NCBI RefSeq assembly: GCF_036321535.1
Contig: NC_087447.1
Location: forward strand, 35,156,001-35,220,000
Source of the DNA: Camelus dromedarius
Taxonomy: Eukaryota
Reading direction: 5' to 3'
Length of the DNA stretch: 64,000 nt
Shown: one piece after another, positions 39,040-52,653 of the stretch
Layout: each line of letters begins with the position of its first letter
How positions within the stretch are numbered: the stretch's first letter is position 1
Notes under the pieces: generated by a model
Database searches by the model: none
Told to the model about the DNA's origin: nothing
The model's input: the letters and a program-made list of their open reading frames with translations, nothing else
Translations under genes and position numbers: made by a program

Positions 39040-42000
39040 AGGCCTAGAATATAGCAAAATTAGGGCTATATGGAGGTTTGCACATGCTCAGGAAAAGATC
39101 CTAAGCTTTAGCTCTGTCTAACCTTTAGGCTATGTTCAAGCAGGAAGTGAAGGCTAAGGCACAGTTATAAACTGCCTGGCTGAGTGCTGAAGGCATGCCC
39201 CAACATGCACACAGCAAAAGGCAACATGCCTTCCAGCAAATACTGGGAGATATCTTTTGGGTCCAAACATTTAAGGAAAGTTCTCTTCAATCATTAGCTG
39301 ACCACTAAACAAATGGAACAAAGACTTCTGTGTCTATCCACAAAAAGATTACAGACTTGTAAGTTATGAAACAAACAAACAACAACTACAACAAGCATCA
39401 ACAAAAACAAACCCTGAGAGGGAAGAATCTGATTTACAGATTTTTCCTATTATACTTTTTTAATGTCCAGGTTTCAATAAAAATTATGAGGCATGAGACA
39501 AAATAAGGAAATATGGATCATACAAAGGAAAAAAAGCAATCAACAGAAACTGTCCCTGAGGAAGCCCAGATATTGAACAACTAACCTATCTTCAAGTCCA
39601 CTGAGTCTTTCTTCTGCCTTCTCAATCTGCTGTTGAGTCCCCATAGTTAACTTTCATTTCAGTTAACTTTTTAACTTCAGAATTTCTATTCAGTTTTTTA
39701 AAAATAATTTCTATTTATTAATATTCCCTATTTGGTGAGCCATCAGTTGCATATTTTCTTTAGTTCTTTAGACACAGTTTGCTTTAGCTATTTAAACATA
39801 GTTAAAATAGTTGATATAAAGTATTTGCCTGATAAATCTTTATTCAATTACTCTGGCTAGAACTTCCAGCATGATGTTGAATAGAAATGGTGAAACCAAG
39901 CATCACTGTCTCATTCTGGTCTTAGGGGAAAAAACTATTCAGTCTTTCACCATTGAAAATGATGCTAGCTGTACATTTTTCATAAATATCTTTTATGAGA
40001 CTGACGAAATTTCCCCCTATTCACTGTTTACTAAAAGATTCTTTTTTAAAATCATAACTGGGTCAGGAATTTTGTTTAATGACTTTCTGTACCTATTAGC
40101 CTTTTTATCATTATATAATATTCTTCTTTGTCTCCAGCAATAATTTTTGTGTTAAATTCTAATGTCTGTGATATTAGTACAGCCACTCCAGCTCTTTTGG
40201 TTCCTGTATATGTGGAATACCTTTTCCCATCCTTTTACTTTCACCTTACTGTGTCTTTAAATCTAAAGTGAGTCACTTATAAGTAGGCAAGAAAAAGAAA
40301 TAAAAGACATCTAAACTGGATATGAAGAAGTAAAACTATCTCTATTTGCAGTTGACATAATCCTATATGTAGAAATCCTAAGCACACACTCACAAAAACC
40401 ATTAGAGCTAATAAATGAATTCAGTGAAGTTGCAGAATACAAAATCAAGACTCAAAAATCAGTTGTATTTCTTACACTAGCAATAAACAATCAAAAAAGG
40501 AAAATAAGAAAACAATTCAGTTTATGGTAGAATCAAAAATAATAAAACACTTAGGAATAAATTTAATGAAGGAAATATGAGACTTGTACACTGAAAACTA
40601 TAAAACATTGCTGAAAAAAATAAAGAAGACATAAATAAATGGAAACACATCCCTTGTTCACGGATTGGAAAAATTACTATTGTTAAGGCGGCAATACTCC
40701 CCAAAGCAATTTACACTTTCTGCTCAGTCCCTATCAAAATTCCAATGGCCTCTTATGCAGAAATGAAAAAAAAATCCTAAAATACATATGAAATCACAAG
40801 AGGCCCCAAAGAGTGAAAACAATCTTGAAAAAGAAGAGCAAAGCTGAAAGACTCATACTTCCTGGCTTCAGAAATTTCTACAGAGCTACAATATTCAAAA
40901 TAGTATGATATTGGCATAAGGATGGACATATTAATAAATAGAATAGAACTGAGATTCCAGAAATAAACACAATTATGGCTAACTGATTTTAGCAAGGATG
41001 CTAAGACAATTCATTGGGGTAAAAATAATCCCTTCAACAAATGTTGGGACAACTGGATCCATATGCAAAATAATGAAGCATGATCCTTATGTCACATCAT
41101 GTACAAAGTTAATTCAAAATGTGTCAAAGACCAAAATAAGAGCTATAAATATTGGGTACATCTTCATGTACCCTTTGATTTGGCAATCATTTATTAGGTA
41201 TGACACCAAAAGGAAAAATAATTAAATTGCAATTCATCAAAGTTAAACATTTTTGTGCATCAAAGTACATTATAAAGAGAGTGCAAAGACAACCCACAGA
41301 ATGGGAGAATATATTTGTAAATCATATAGCTGATGATTCTTGTATCCAGAATATATAAAGAATCCTTAATAATAAACAACCAAATGACAACCAAAGCAAT
41401 TTTAAAATGAGCAAAGAACTCGAACAGATGTTACCCCAAAGAAGATATACAAACAGCCAACAAGCACTGAAAAGATGCTCGATGTCATTAGGCACTAGGG
41501 AAATGCAAATCAAAACCACAATGAGATAAATCCACTAGGATAGCTAAAATAAAAAATAGAGAAAAACAAGTGTTGGTGGGGTTATGGAGAACTGGAACAT
41601 TCATATATTGCTGGTGGGAATGTGAAATAGTACAACCACTATGGAAAACAGTTTGGCTGCTACTCACTAATTAAACATAGAATTATCAAATGACCCAATA
41701 TTTCCTCTCCTAGGTATGTACCCCAAAGAGTTGAAAACAGGTGTTCAAACAAAAGTTAGTACATGAATAGTAGCACTGTTCACAATAGCTAAAAGGTAGA
41801 AACAACTCAAATGTCCATCAACTGATGAATGGATAAATAAAATGATATATCTATACAGTGGAATATTATTCAGTATAAAAAGAAATGAAGTACTGATGTA
41901 TGCTGAAACACAGATGAACCCTAAAAACATTAATTTGTGAAAAAAGCTAGAGCTGAAAGGACAAATATTGTATGATCCCATTTATATTAAATATCCAGAA

Positions 42001-42240
42001 TAGGCAAATTCATAGACACAGAAAACAAACAGTAGTTTCTAGGGAATGGAAAGGGGAAAATGGGAAGTGACTGTTTAACAGGTGCAGGGTTTCTATTTTA
42101 GGTGATGTAAAAGTCTGGGCACTAGACTGTTATAGCAGTTGCACAAAATAAAATGTACTTAATGCCACTGAATAATATACTTTAAAATGGTTTAAATGGT
42201 AAACTTATGTAATGTATATTTCACCTTAATTAAAAATAGA
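39040..42240 (+). mobile_element. Rearranged L1: 5' fragment (+), inverted pieces at about 39585-40280 (-), ORF2 and 3' UTR (+)
   Basis: Switch from A-rich to T-rich L1 sequence near 39585 and back near 40280; ORF2 motifs (EVKLSLFA, gatacaaaatcaa-type segment) and an L1M 3' UTR. Confidence 0.75.
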
Positions 42241-43019
42241 CTTTAATGCAAAAATTATTACTAGAGACAAAGAAAGATAGCATGATAAGAAGGTCAATAG
42301 AGGCAGGGGGGGGAAAGCATTTGACAAAATTCAACACCCATTCATAATTAAAAAAAAAACAACTCTTTGCAACTATGAAGAGAAGGAAATTTTATGAAAA
42401 ACCCACATTAAATATCATACTCAATGATAAAAGACTGAATGAAGTCCCCATAAGATAAGGAACTAGGTAAGTATATCCACTCTCAACACTTGTTGTGCAA
42501 CGGTGTCATGGACACATATCACTAATACCAGAGGGTACAGATATAAACAGTATTTTTTGAAGAAATCTTAGAAGCAGAGAAGTAGGGAACCATACTCTGT
42601 ACATTGAATTCTCATTTTTCCAGAGTATAGGTTAGGCACAGATTTTCTGTACACAAAATGGCCAAGGGAAGAGGACCCTCCCATGGTGGGCAAGCTGGAT
42701 GTTCTCTTGAAACTCTTCTAAGAGCAAGAGTGAGCCCCACCACCACATTATGTTACATATCTATATGTTAGCTTTGGAGGGAGAAGGAAACCCCTAGTTT
42801 CCTTAAGTAACAAGAAATTTATCAAGGGGTAGCTGGGTCAAGGAACAATGGTAAGAAGTAAGTATTTCCAGGGCCAAGGGATATAAACCAAAGGCCCTGA
42901 AAAGAATCTTGCATGCTAGAAATGCTGACATCAGCTTAAGACCTTGCTGTCTTTCCACAGGCTGGCTCAGTTCAGCTAATCCAGCTCTTTGTAAGTTGTT
43001 ATCAGCATAAAATAGATGG

Positions 43020-46000
43020 TTCTATCTATTAGATGATTTATGTATGCCTTTTGGTAACTACAAATTGAAAACCTACAGTACATACGCAAAAAGATAAAGA
43101 GAAGGTAATCAAAGCATATCACTAAAGAAAGTCAATCAATTCACAAAGGAAGGCAGCAAGAGAGGAAGAAAGGAACAAGTGAACTATAAAATGGCCAGAA
43201 AACAATTAATAAGATAGCATTAGTAAGTCCTTACCTATAGTAAATAATTATCAATAATTACTCTAAATGTAAATGGATTGAATTCTTCAGTCAAAAGGCA
43301 AAGAGTGTCTGGATGGATTAAAGAAACACAATCTAGCAATATCCTGCTTACAAGAGACCCACTTCAGCTTTATGGACACACATAAACTCAAAGTGAAGGG
43401 TTAAAAAAAGATATCCCCTGCAAGTGGAAACCAAAAGAGAGCAGGTGTAGCTATACTTATATCAGACAAAATAGACTTTAAGCCAAAAACTGCAAAACAC
43501 AAAGAAGATCATTATATAATGGTAAAGGATCAATTCATCAAGAAGATAGTTACTGTGAATATATATGCTCCAAACATCAGAGCACCTAAATATACAAATA
43601 TTAACAGACCTAAAGGAGAACAGACAATACAATAATAGTAAGGGACTTCAATACTGCCACTTTCAACAGCTGATAGATCATCCAACAGAAAATCAGTAAG
43701 GAAATGTTGGACTTGAAATATACTTTAGGATAAATGGATCTAACAGACATATACAGATCATTATATTCAACAGCAGCAGAATATACATTCTTCTCAAGTG
43801 TACACAGAACATTCTGCAGGATAGATAATATGACAGGTCACAAAACAAGTGAGCAAATTTTAAAAGGTTAAAATCATACCAAGTATCTTTTCCAAACACA
43901 ATGTTATAAAACTAGAAATTAATAGGAGAAAAACTGGAAAATTCACAAATATTAAACAATAAAAAATTAAACAACACACTCCTGAACAAAGAGGCAAAGA
44001 AGAAATCAAAAGGAAAATTTAAAAATACCTTGAGACAAATGAAAATGAAAACACACCATACCAAAACTTACACAATGAAGCAAAAGCACTTCTTAGAAGG
44101 AAGTTTATATAGCATTAAATGCCTACATTAAGAAAACAGAAAGACCTCAAATAAACAGCCTCAAGGAGCCAGTACCAGAAGAGCAAACTAAGTTCAAAGT
44201 TAGTGAAAGGAAGGAAATAACAAAGATCAGAGTGGAAATGAATTAAACAGAGATTAAAAAGACAAAAATAAAAGAACAATGAAACTAAGAGCTGGTTTCC
44301 TGAAAAGACAAAATTGATACACTTTTAACTAGACTAAAAAAAAGAAAGAAGACTCAAACAAATGAAATCAGAAATGAAAGAGGAGACCTTACAACTGATA
44401 CCACACAAATACAAAGGATCTTAAGAGACCACTATGGACAATTATATGCCAACAAATTGGATAACTTAGGGGAAATGAATAAATTCCTAGAAACATAAAC
44501 CAACACTAAATAATGAAGAAACAGAATAAATAAATGAATAGACTGATAACGAGTAAGGAGATTGAATCAGTAATCAAAAATCTCCCAATAAAGAAAAGTC
44601 TAGGACCAGTTGGCTTCCCTGGTGTATTCTACCAAACATTTAAAGAAGAATTAATGCCAATTCTTTTCAAACTCTTCCCAAGAAATTATGAGTAGGAAAC
44701 ACTCCCAAACTCATTTTATGGGGCCAGCATTACTTTAATACCAAAACCAGATAAGATTGCTACAGGAAAACCACAGGCCAACTTCCCTGATGAATACAGA
44801 TACAGAAATTCTCAACAAAATATTAGCAAGCCAAATTTAACAATATATTAAAAGGATCATAAACCATGATCAAGTGGGATTTATCCCTGGGATTGCAAGG
44901 GTGGTTTAACATATGCAAATCAATAAATTAACAGGATAAAAATTAAAACTATTACCATCACAATAGATGCAAAAAAAGCAATCACCAAAATTCAGTATCT
45001 TTCCATGTCAATATCATATCAACAAACCAGGTAGAGAAGAAACATAATAAAAGCCATATATAACAAGACCACAATTAACATACTCAAAGGTGAAAACCTG
45101 AAAGCTGTTTCTTGAAGATCAGGAACAAGACAAGTGAGCCCACTCTCAACACTCTATTCACCATAGTACTGGAAAGTTCTAGCCAGAGTAGTAAGGCAGG
45201 AAAAAGAATTAAAAAGTATCCAAATTAGAATGAAAGAAATAAAACTGTCCTTGTTTACGGATGATATGACTTTATTTATAGAAAATCTTAAAGACCAAAC
45301 CAAAACCTACTAATCAATGAATTTAGTAAAGTTGCAAGATACAAAATACAGAAATCAGTTGTGTTTCTATACACTAACAACAAAGTACCTGAAAAGCAAA
45401 GAAAGCAATCCTATTCACAATAGTATCAAAAAAACAATAAAATACTTAGGAATAAATTTAACCAAACAGATAAAATATCTGCACACTGAAAACTGTAAGA
45501 CTTTCATGCAAAAAATTGAAGAAAACACAAAAAAATGAAAAAACATTCCATGTTCATGGATTGGAAGAATTAACATTGTCAACATGTTCATATTACCCAA
45601 AATCTTCTACAGATTCAATGCAATTTAAAATACCAATGGCATTTTTCACAGGAAAAAAAATAATCCTAAAATTCTTATGGAACCAGAAGACCCCCAAATA
45701 GCCAAAGGAATCCTGAGAAAGAAGAAAAAAGGGTAGAGGCATCACGTTTCCTAATTTCAAACTATATTCAAAGCTATGTAATCAAAAAAGTATAGTACTG
45801 GCATAAAAACAGACATATAGACCAATGCAACAGAATCAAGACCCCAGAAATAAGCCCTTGCATATATGGTCAACAGGTATTTGACAAGGGAGCCAAAAAT
45901 ACTCAGCGCGTAAAAGACGGTCTTTTCAATAAATGGTGTTGGGAAACTGGATAATCACATGCAGAGGAATGAAACTGAACCCCTATCTGACACTGCTCAC

Positions 46001-47500
46001 AAAAATTAACTCAAAATGGATTAAAGCCTTAAACAGAAACGTGAAACTGTAAAAACTCCTAGAAGAAAACATAGGGAAAAAGCTCCTTGACATTGGTCTT
46101 AGCAGCAATTTTTTTTGATATGACATCAAAAGCATAAGCAACAAAAGCAAAATAAGTAAGTGGGACTACATCAAACTAAAACACTTCTCACAGAAAAAGG
46201 AAACAGTCAAGAAAATGAAAAGGCAACCTATAGAATGGGAGGAAATATTTGAAAACTATATATCTTATAACGGGTTAATAATATCCAAAACATTAAGGAA
46301 CTCATATAACTCAACAGCAAAAAAAAAAAAATCAAATTTAAAAATGGGCAGAGGAACCAAATAAACATTTTTCCAAAGAAGACAAACAAATGGTCAACAG
46401 GTGCAAGAAAACATGTTCAACATAATTAATCATCTGGGAAATGCAAATGAAAACCACAATGAGATATCACCTGACACCTGTTAGAGTGGCTATCACTAAG
46501 AGGACACATTGGTGAGGATGTGTAGAAAAGAGAACTCTTGTGTACTGCTGGTGGGAATGTAAATTGGTACAGCCACTATGGAAAACCGTATGGAGGCTCC
46601 TCAAAAAAATTAAAAATAGAACTACCATATAATCCAGCAATTCTACTTCTGGGTATATATCTGAAGGAAATGAAATCAGTATCTCAAAGAGATATTTGCA
46701 CTCCCATATTCATTTCAGCATTATTCACAACAGCCAAGATACAGAAACAACCCAAATGTCCACCTACAGATGAATGGATAAAGAAGATGTGGTATATACA
46801 CATACAATGGAATATTCAGCTACAAGAAAGTAGGAAATTCTGCAATTTGTGACATGGACGGAACTTAAAGATATTATGCTAAGTAAAATAAGTCTGACAG
46901 AGAAAAACAAATACTGTATGATGTCACTTATATATGGAATCTAAAAAAGCTGAATTCAGAGAGAGAGTACAATGCTGGCTCCCAGGGGCTGGGGGAGGGG
47001 AGAAATGGGGAGATATTGGTCAAAGGATACAAATCTCCAGATATAAACTGAGTAAATTCTGAGAATGTAATGTACAGCATGTTGACACAGTTAACAATGC
47101 AGTATTATATACTTGAAAGTTGCTAAGAGAGTAAATCTTAAATGTTCTCACCACAAAAAAAGAAGTGGTAGGAGGAGGATATAGCTTTGTGGTAGAGTGC
47201 ATGCTTAGCATGCATGAGGTCCTGGGTTCAATCCCCAGTACCTCCATTAAAACAAACAAACAAACAAATAAATAAATAAACAAAACTAATTACCCCCCAC
47301 ATTTTTTTAATCTAACAAAAAAGGTTAAAAGAAATGGTAATTATGTGACATGATGGATATGTTAACTAACTCTACTGAATTGTAGTTGTATGAGATAACA
47401 CTACTGTGGTAATCATTTTGTAATATTTATCAAATCACCACATTGTACACCTTAAACTTACATATTATATTGTCAATTAAATCTCAATAAAGCTGGAAAA
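43020..47500 (+). mobile_element. L1 with near-complete but disrupted ORF2 and 3' UTR (L1MA-like)
   Basis: Endonuclease start (IITLNVNGLNS near 43255), RT motifs ([17 protein letters not shown]) and 3' end aatctcaataaagctggaaaaaaa; many stops and frameshifts. Confidence 0.92.
47171..47326 (+). mobile_element. Vic-1-like SINE nested in the L1 3' UTR
   Basis: ggaggatatagctttgtggtagagtgcatgcttagcatgcatgaggtcctgggttcaatccccagtacctcca; TSD AAAAGAA(G/A)TGGTA on both sides. Confidence 0.88.
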
Positions 47501-47659
47501 AAACCCCATAGTATTGTGTACTTTGGATGGGTACAGTTTATTGTACATAAATGTTCCCTCAAGGACACTGTTTTAAAAAGAAAAGAAAAGGGATGGTATG
47601 GTATGATATAGTATGGAAAGATCATCCTTATGCAGTTAAAGAGAGTAGAAAAGACTCAC

Positions 47660-47833
47660 CTGGATTTGAAACAACAAGCATCTTACAGTCAGGACTATGT
47701 TCGACTATGGTAGGAATGATTGATTTCATGATGTTCACATTACGTTGGACCAGGGCAAGGCGACTTTCTCCCTCCTGCTGCCGTGCACCTGCTGTGACAA
47801 TAACTAATTTGGAATTTGCAGACACACTGTAAT
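47660..47833 (-). CDS. LDHC: LDHC coding exon 3
   Basis: 174 nt, [62 protein letters not shown]. Confidence 0.97.
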
Positions 47834-49269
47834 CTAAAGAAGGAAATAAAAGAAAATGTTTGAATCAAGACTGCCATAATCACTGAGCCTCACTTCTTTA
47901 AAAGTCTATTGTATGACTGGTATCATCTACTTTCATATCTGGCATTTGCAAATGAACAGATTTTCCCTGCAGTAATGTTATCTTGTTTAACCTGAAGGAA
48001 ATCTTCTCACTATGACTTAAATCTATTAAACCCAATGACAATGTGTTATAATGCTCACTATTCCATACTGGAGTTTTTAAAAAGTATTATATGACTTAGA
48101 AGTTATTTTCTATATTGATGTCAAAAATTAAACTAGCTAAAATCGCCTCTAAACTCTATCTCCATCTTTCAAAAACTTGTATTTTTACTCTTTCAAAAAG
48201 GAAATTTGCTTCATTTTAAAGATATTTGTTGCATCTCTATTTATGGTTATTCTTATATCTTTCTAATCCAATCTATAAACCATAAATGTTTTAATGTTTT
48301 TCCTGCCCCAGTGAAGATTTCAATTAGAAAAACAAACTTAGAAAGATGGCATTTCTTAGGCTGGCAAGTTTCACATTAATCTGAGATTATCTCTCCCTTC
48401 TGTCACATGAAAGATCTGTAGGAGGCAGTTCTCTTCTCTCTCTGCATACATAATCGACTCATTCTCACTCAAAGACCTTGCTGGACATTCATCTTCCACA
48501 GAATGGTCTTATCTAACCCCAGAAATCCAAAGCAATCTCTCAACCTCTGCGTCTCACTCTTTCTCCAGCTTCTTTTTCTCCCTCCTCTCCACTAGAATTT
48601 TAGAAGATAAACTAGCAAAAATACCCTTGCAACTTCTCCAGAGTCATCTCTCCATAGCTCAGATCAATTATTTGAAATATCATGTTCACAAATTCAATTA
48701 AAGTATATACCAGAGTAAAATACCAAATATTTTCATCATCTGCCTACAAGTTATCTTACTAGTTTTGTGTCTTATTTTTATTTCAGAATATCCAGGTGTC
48801 CTGATTCTGTTAATCCCATCATCTCCTTATCTGTTATTTTCCTTTCTAAATATAACTCAGTCCTCCCAAAGACAGCAAACCATAGTGGTCTGGAACAAAG
48901 CCTTCTTCAAATACCAGGTCCTCTGCCAGGCATCCCCTAATTATGTAATTCATAAATAGTACTCTTACTTCACTGAATTTTTATAGTACTTACTGCCTAT
49001 AATTCTCAAATAGTCCTTACATATAGTGCCTTATGTTATCTTCCCATGGTTATATTGTACTTATACCCCTAACTTGATCATTAGATCCATAATAACAGAT
49101 TCTGATCTCATATTTCTCCCTTTCTTCCACAAATATCTTAGCACCACCTATGTTCCAGGCATCTGAGCGCTATGTTTTCACATTTCATGTGGGCTCATAT
49201 GGTACATATGAGTCAAAAACATCTGTGGATAATCAATGACATCCATTGCTCTACCTCATTATAGCTCAC

Positions 49270-51900
49270 TAAATGTATTTTCAAAATGAAATATATTGTG
49301 AAATATATTATTAATACAGAAGCATGTATAAGAAATATATACCCAGTTTTAAAAATATTAAAGTTAACAACTTTGTAAAAATCACACAAATTAATAGAAC
49401 ATCATCAATATCTTGGAAGCCCCTGTGTGCCCCTAATAGGCTGCATCCACATCTTTCATTCTCAGAGGTTACTAACCATTCTTCTCAGTGGTGAAAATTA
49501 CAATCTTATCTTAAAAGTTTTACTACTTATGCATATTTAAACAACATATTAAGTTTTATCTGTTTTTGAATCATAAGGTATATATTACGTTAGCTAAATA
49601 GTATGTATCTGATATTCACCCACGTTTATGTGTGTCCCTGTAGTTCATTCACTGTCATTGTGATTTAATACTACACAGGATAATTTATCAACTCAGTATT
49701 GCTATACATTGAATTGTTTCCAAATCATAACACTATACATTTTTGTACATGTATCTTAGTGCACATGTACACAAGTTTCTCTTGGGAATATACCTAGGAG
49801 TGCAATTTCTAGGTTTGGGATATGTTCAACTTCATCAGGTAATGACAAACCTAAAAAAAGTAGTAGTTTTACTATAATACACTCCTACATGTCATGTATG
49901 AGAAAATCTACTGTTCCACATCCTGGAAAACATTTAGTATGATCACACTTTTGCCAACCTAATGGTGTATAATGGTATATTGATAGGCTTTTTAATTTTC
50001 TTTTCCTTGGTTACTAATGAGATTGTCTTTTCATATAGTTATAGGCCATTTGAGTTTCTTCTTTTGTGAAATGTTCAAGTCTTTCCCCATTTTCTACTAG
50101 GCTATGTATATTTATCTTATTTATTATACAAGTACTTTTATTCTTAACACTATTCCTTTGTCAGCTGTTTTTGTTGCAAATATTTTCTTTCAGTTTATGA
50201 CTTGTCTCTTTACTCAATATCTTTTCATGAACACAAACACTAACGTTTATATCCTTTCCTTTTTTGTTCATGTTTTTGCTGTCCTTGTGTTTAATTCTTC
50301 CCTATCCTGAGGTCACAAAGATGCTCTATATTATCTTCTAAACAGAAGCTTTGAAGTTTTGCCTTTCACTTTTTGTCTTTAACCAATTCTGAATTAATTT
50401 TTGTGTGTGTTATCAGGCACAGGTTCAATTTTATTTCCTTCCATAAAAATAACCATTGCTGTAAGAAAAAAAAATTTAAGTCTGCAAATTTCCCATTGAG
50501 CTACAATATTATCAGTGTTACACAACAATTTTTTGTCTCTGCATTTAATTAGCATAGCTTTGTAGTAAGTCTCGATATCTGGTAAAGCAAGTTCTCACCA
50601 CCTTGTTCTTTCTCAAGAGTATTGTTGACTGCTCAGCCCAGGCTGTTGCCATAGTGAAGCTGAGAAAGAGGTCAAGCAGAGGTTGCAGCAGCTCCTCAAA
50701 GGGGGCTTCTCTTCCATCCACTATTCCTCTAAAGATTTACCTGGGATTTAAGAGGAGTGTACATCTCTTAAATGTAATATGTGAATAAACTGTTTTGAAC
50801 CTACTTTGTGGACAAAGGACTATTTGCTCATCTAGATTTGAAAGCAATCAATGGACAGGAAGGAAATGGAAGGTGTGCACTCTGGCTGGGATGAGAGATG
50901 GACCATCATTCAGACATTCACCAATTGGATGGCTCAGGGTTCTCACTACACAGTTCCATTTGTGGCAGAGTGGAACCCCTACTGACTTTTATATGATAGA
51001 CTGTATCAAAACAAGTGTATTTAACAATGTTTACAAAAAGCATCTTATCTACTCTCAACCTTTGAACTTCTGAATGAATTTTAGAATTAGTTTAACATGA
51101 ACAACAATAACAAAACCTGTTGGGTTTTTTACTGTGATTGCATATAATCTATAATCAATATGGGAAGAATGGATGTTTTATGATATTGAGACTTCTATGA
51201 ATAATGCATATCTCTTCATTTATTTATTTAATGTCTTTCAGTGAGGTTGTATTAATTTCTGTATGAAAGCTTTTATACATGTCTTGTTAGATTTATTCCT
51301 AGGTACTTCCCATTTTTTATAACATAAATAATAGCTTTAACATTTTTACCTGTTTTTGCATAATTTTTTATTAATAATTTTGTGTCTGACATCTTTGCTA
51401 AACTCTTAGTCCTATACGTTGTCCCTCTTTTTATATTTGTTTTTATCTTCTTTTTGATTCACTGGGTATGTTTTCATAATTTTACTTCTTCCCCTTTACT
51501 AATTTAGAGGTTACACACTGTTTTCATTTTTTTAAAGGTTGTCACAGAAGTTGCAACGTGCATATTTAACTCACTAAAGCCCAAAGTTAATCATCACCTT
51601 TCCCACTTCCCCAGTGATTGGGGAACTTGGAACACTACTTCATTCACCACTACCACTCCTCACCTCCAGATTTATATGCTATGTTTAAAATTTTTTAACC
51701 CCATAAGACATTACGTCTTATACAATTGGTGTTTATTTAGATTTGTCCTTCTTTTCACTATCTCCTGTGCTCTTCATTTTTTTTCCTGCATCTCAGACTT
51801 TGTATCTGAGATCCCTTTTCTTTTGCCTTTAAGTATATAGCTTTGCATTTACATGTTTTAGGTCAATATAAAATGTTTATAATGGTGCTAACAGGTATTT
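49270..51900 (-). mobile_element. Old L1 (L1ME-like) relic interrupted by the TOMM7 retrocopy
   Basis: T-rich antisense L1 motifs (tatacctaggagtgcaatt; tagctttgtagtaagtctcgatatctggta; ttagatttattcctaggta). Confidence 0.65.
50630..51039 (+). pseudogene. TOMM7: TOMM7 processed pseudogene
   Basis: gcc-ATA (for ATG) at 50651 then VKL/KEVKQRLQQLLKGG...IPLKIYLGFKRSVH...TVLNLLCG, matching recalled TOMM7 MVKLSKEAKQRLQQLFKGSQFAIRWGFIPLVIYLGFKRGADPGMPEPTVLSLLWG; intronless, followed by TOMM7-like 3' UTR and a short A run (51035-51039). Confidence 0.88.
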
Positions 51901-52535
51901 TTAAATTAACCACTTTCAGTTCCAATCATGTTAGATAAGAGAGCTTCTAGTAGAAACTACATCTGTTGAATCACATTACCAAAAAGCACACTATATACTT
52001 TAGCATATGATAAAACAATTATTTTCCTAATTCTCTAAGGCTTCTGTTGGCCAGCACATGATGCTAATGCTACTGTGGTTAAACTCTCCACTTCCTCTTC
52101 CATAGCCTCAAAATATACCCTGAACCTAGTCCTCTATAAACACATATCAAAAAAAAAAGGTTAAGAATATAGATAAATGTATCAATAATATTAGAAAAAC
52201 TATGCAAGACTGCATATCCTTCAGGAAATATGTAAGAAAGACTGAAAGACAAGTTTAAAAGCATTTATATGTCAGTTACGTAAAAAAATAGAAAAAACGA
52301 AAGAAATACATAAAATCATTAACAGAAGAGATTTTAAATTTCTTTATACTTTTTTGTATTTATCAAATTTTCTCCAATTAAAATAGAATGTTCTTTTTTT
52401 TTAAATTAACCTTCTAAACTGTATGTCCTAATTACAGTGGTGCTATTTTTAATTTTATATTTATTGACATCAGTCTAGTAAAATTCATTACTTTTTCTAA
52501 AGTTCTGAAAATAACTTTATAAAACTAAAATTAAC

Positions 52536-52653
52536 CTTTTCCAGAGACAATCTTTGAAGTATGAAAGAAAAGACTGCCATGCTGAAGATCCATCGTTTCT
52601 CCCTTCAGTTTGTCCACTGCGATATCAACAAGGGCGAGCTCATCAGCCAAATC
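52536..52653 (-). CDS. LDHC: LDHC coding exon 2
   Basis: 118 nt, [43 protein letters not shown]. Confidence 0.96.

Noticed and set aside
47171..47246. tRNA-Ala(AGC)-like sequence (also near 26441, 55243, 57835 and 24840)
   Set aside because: Followed by the SINE tail, often with a TSD, and with broken stems; these are SINE heads, not tRNA genes
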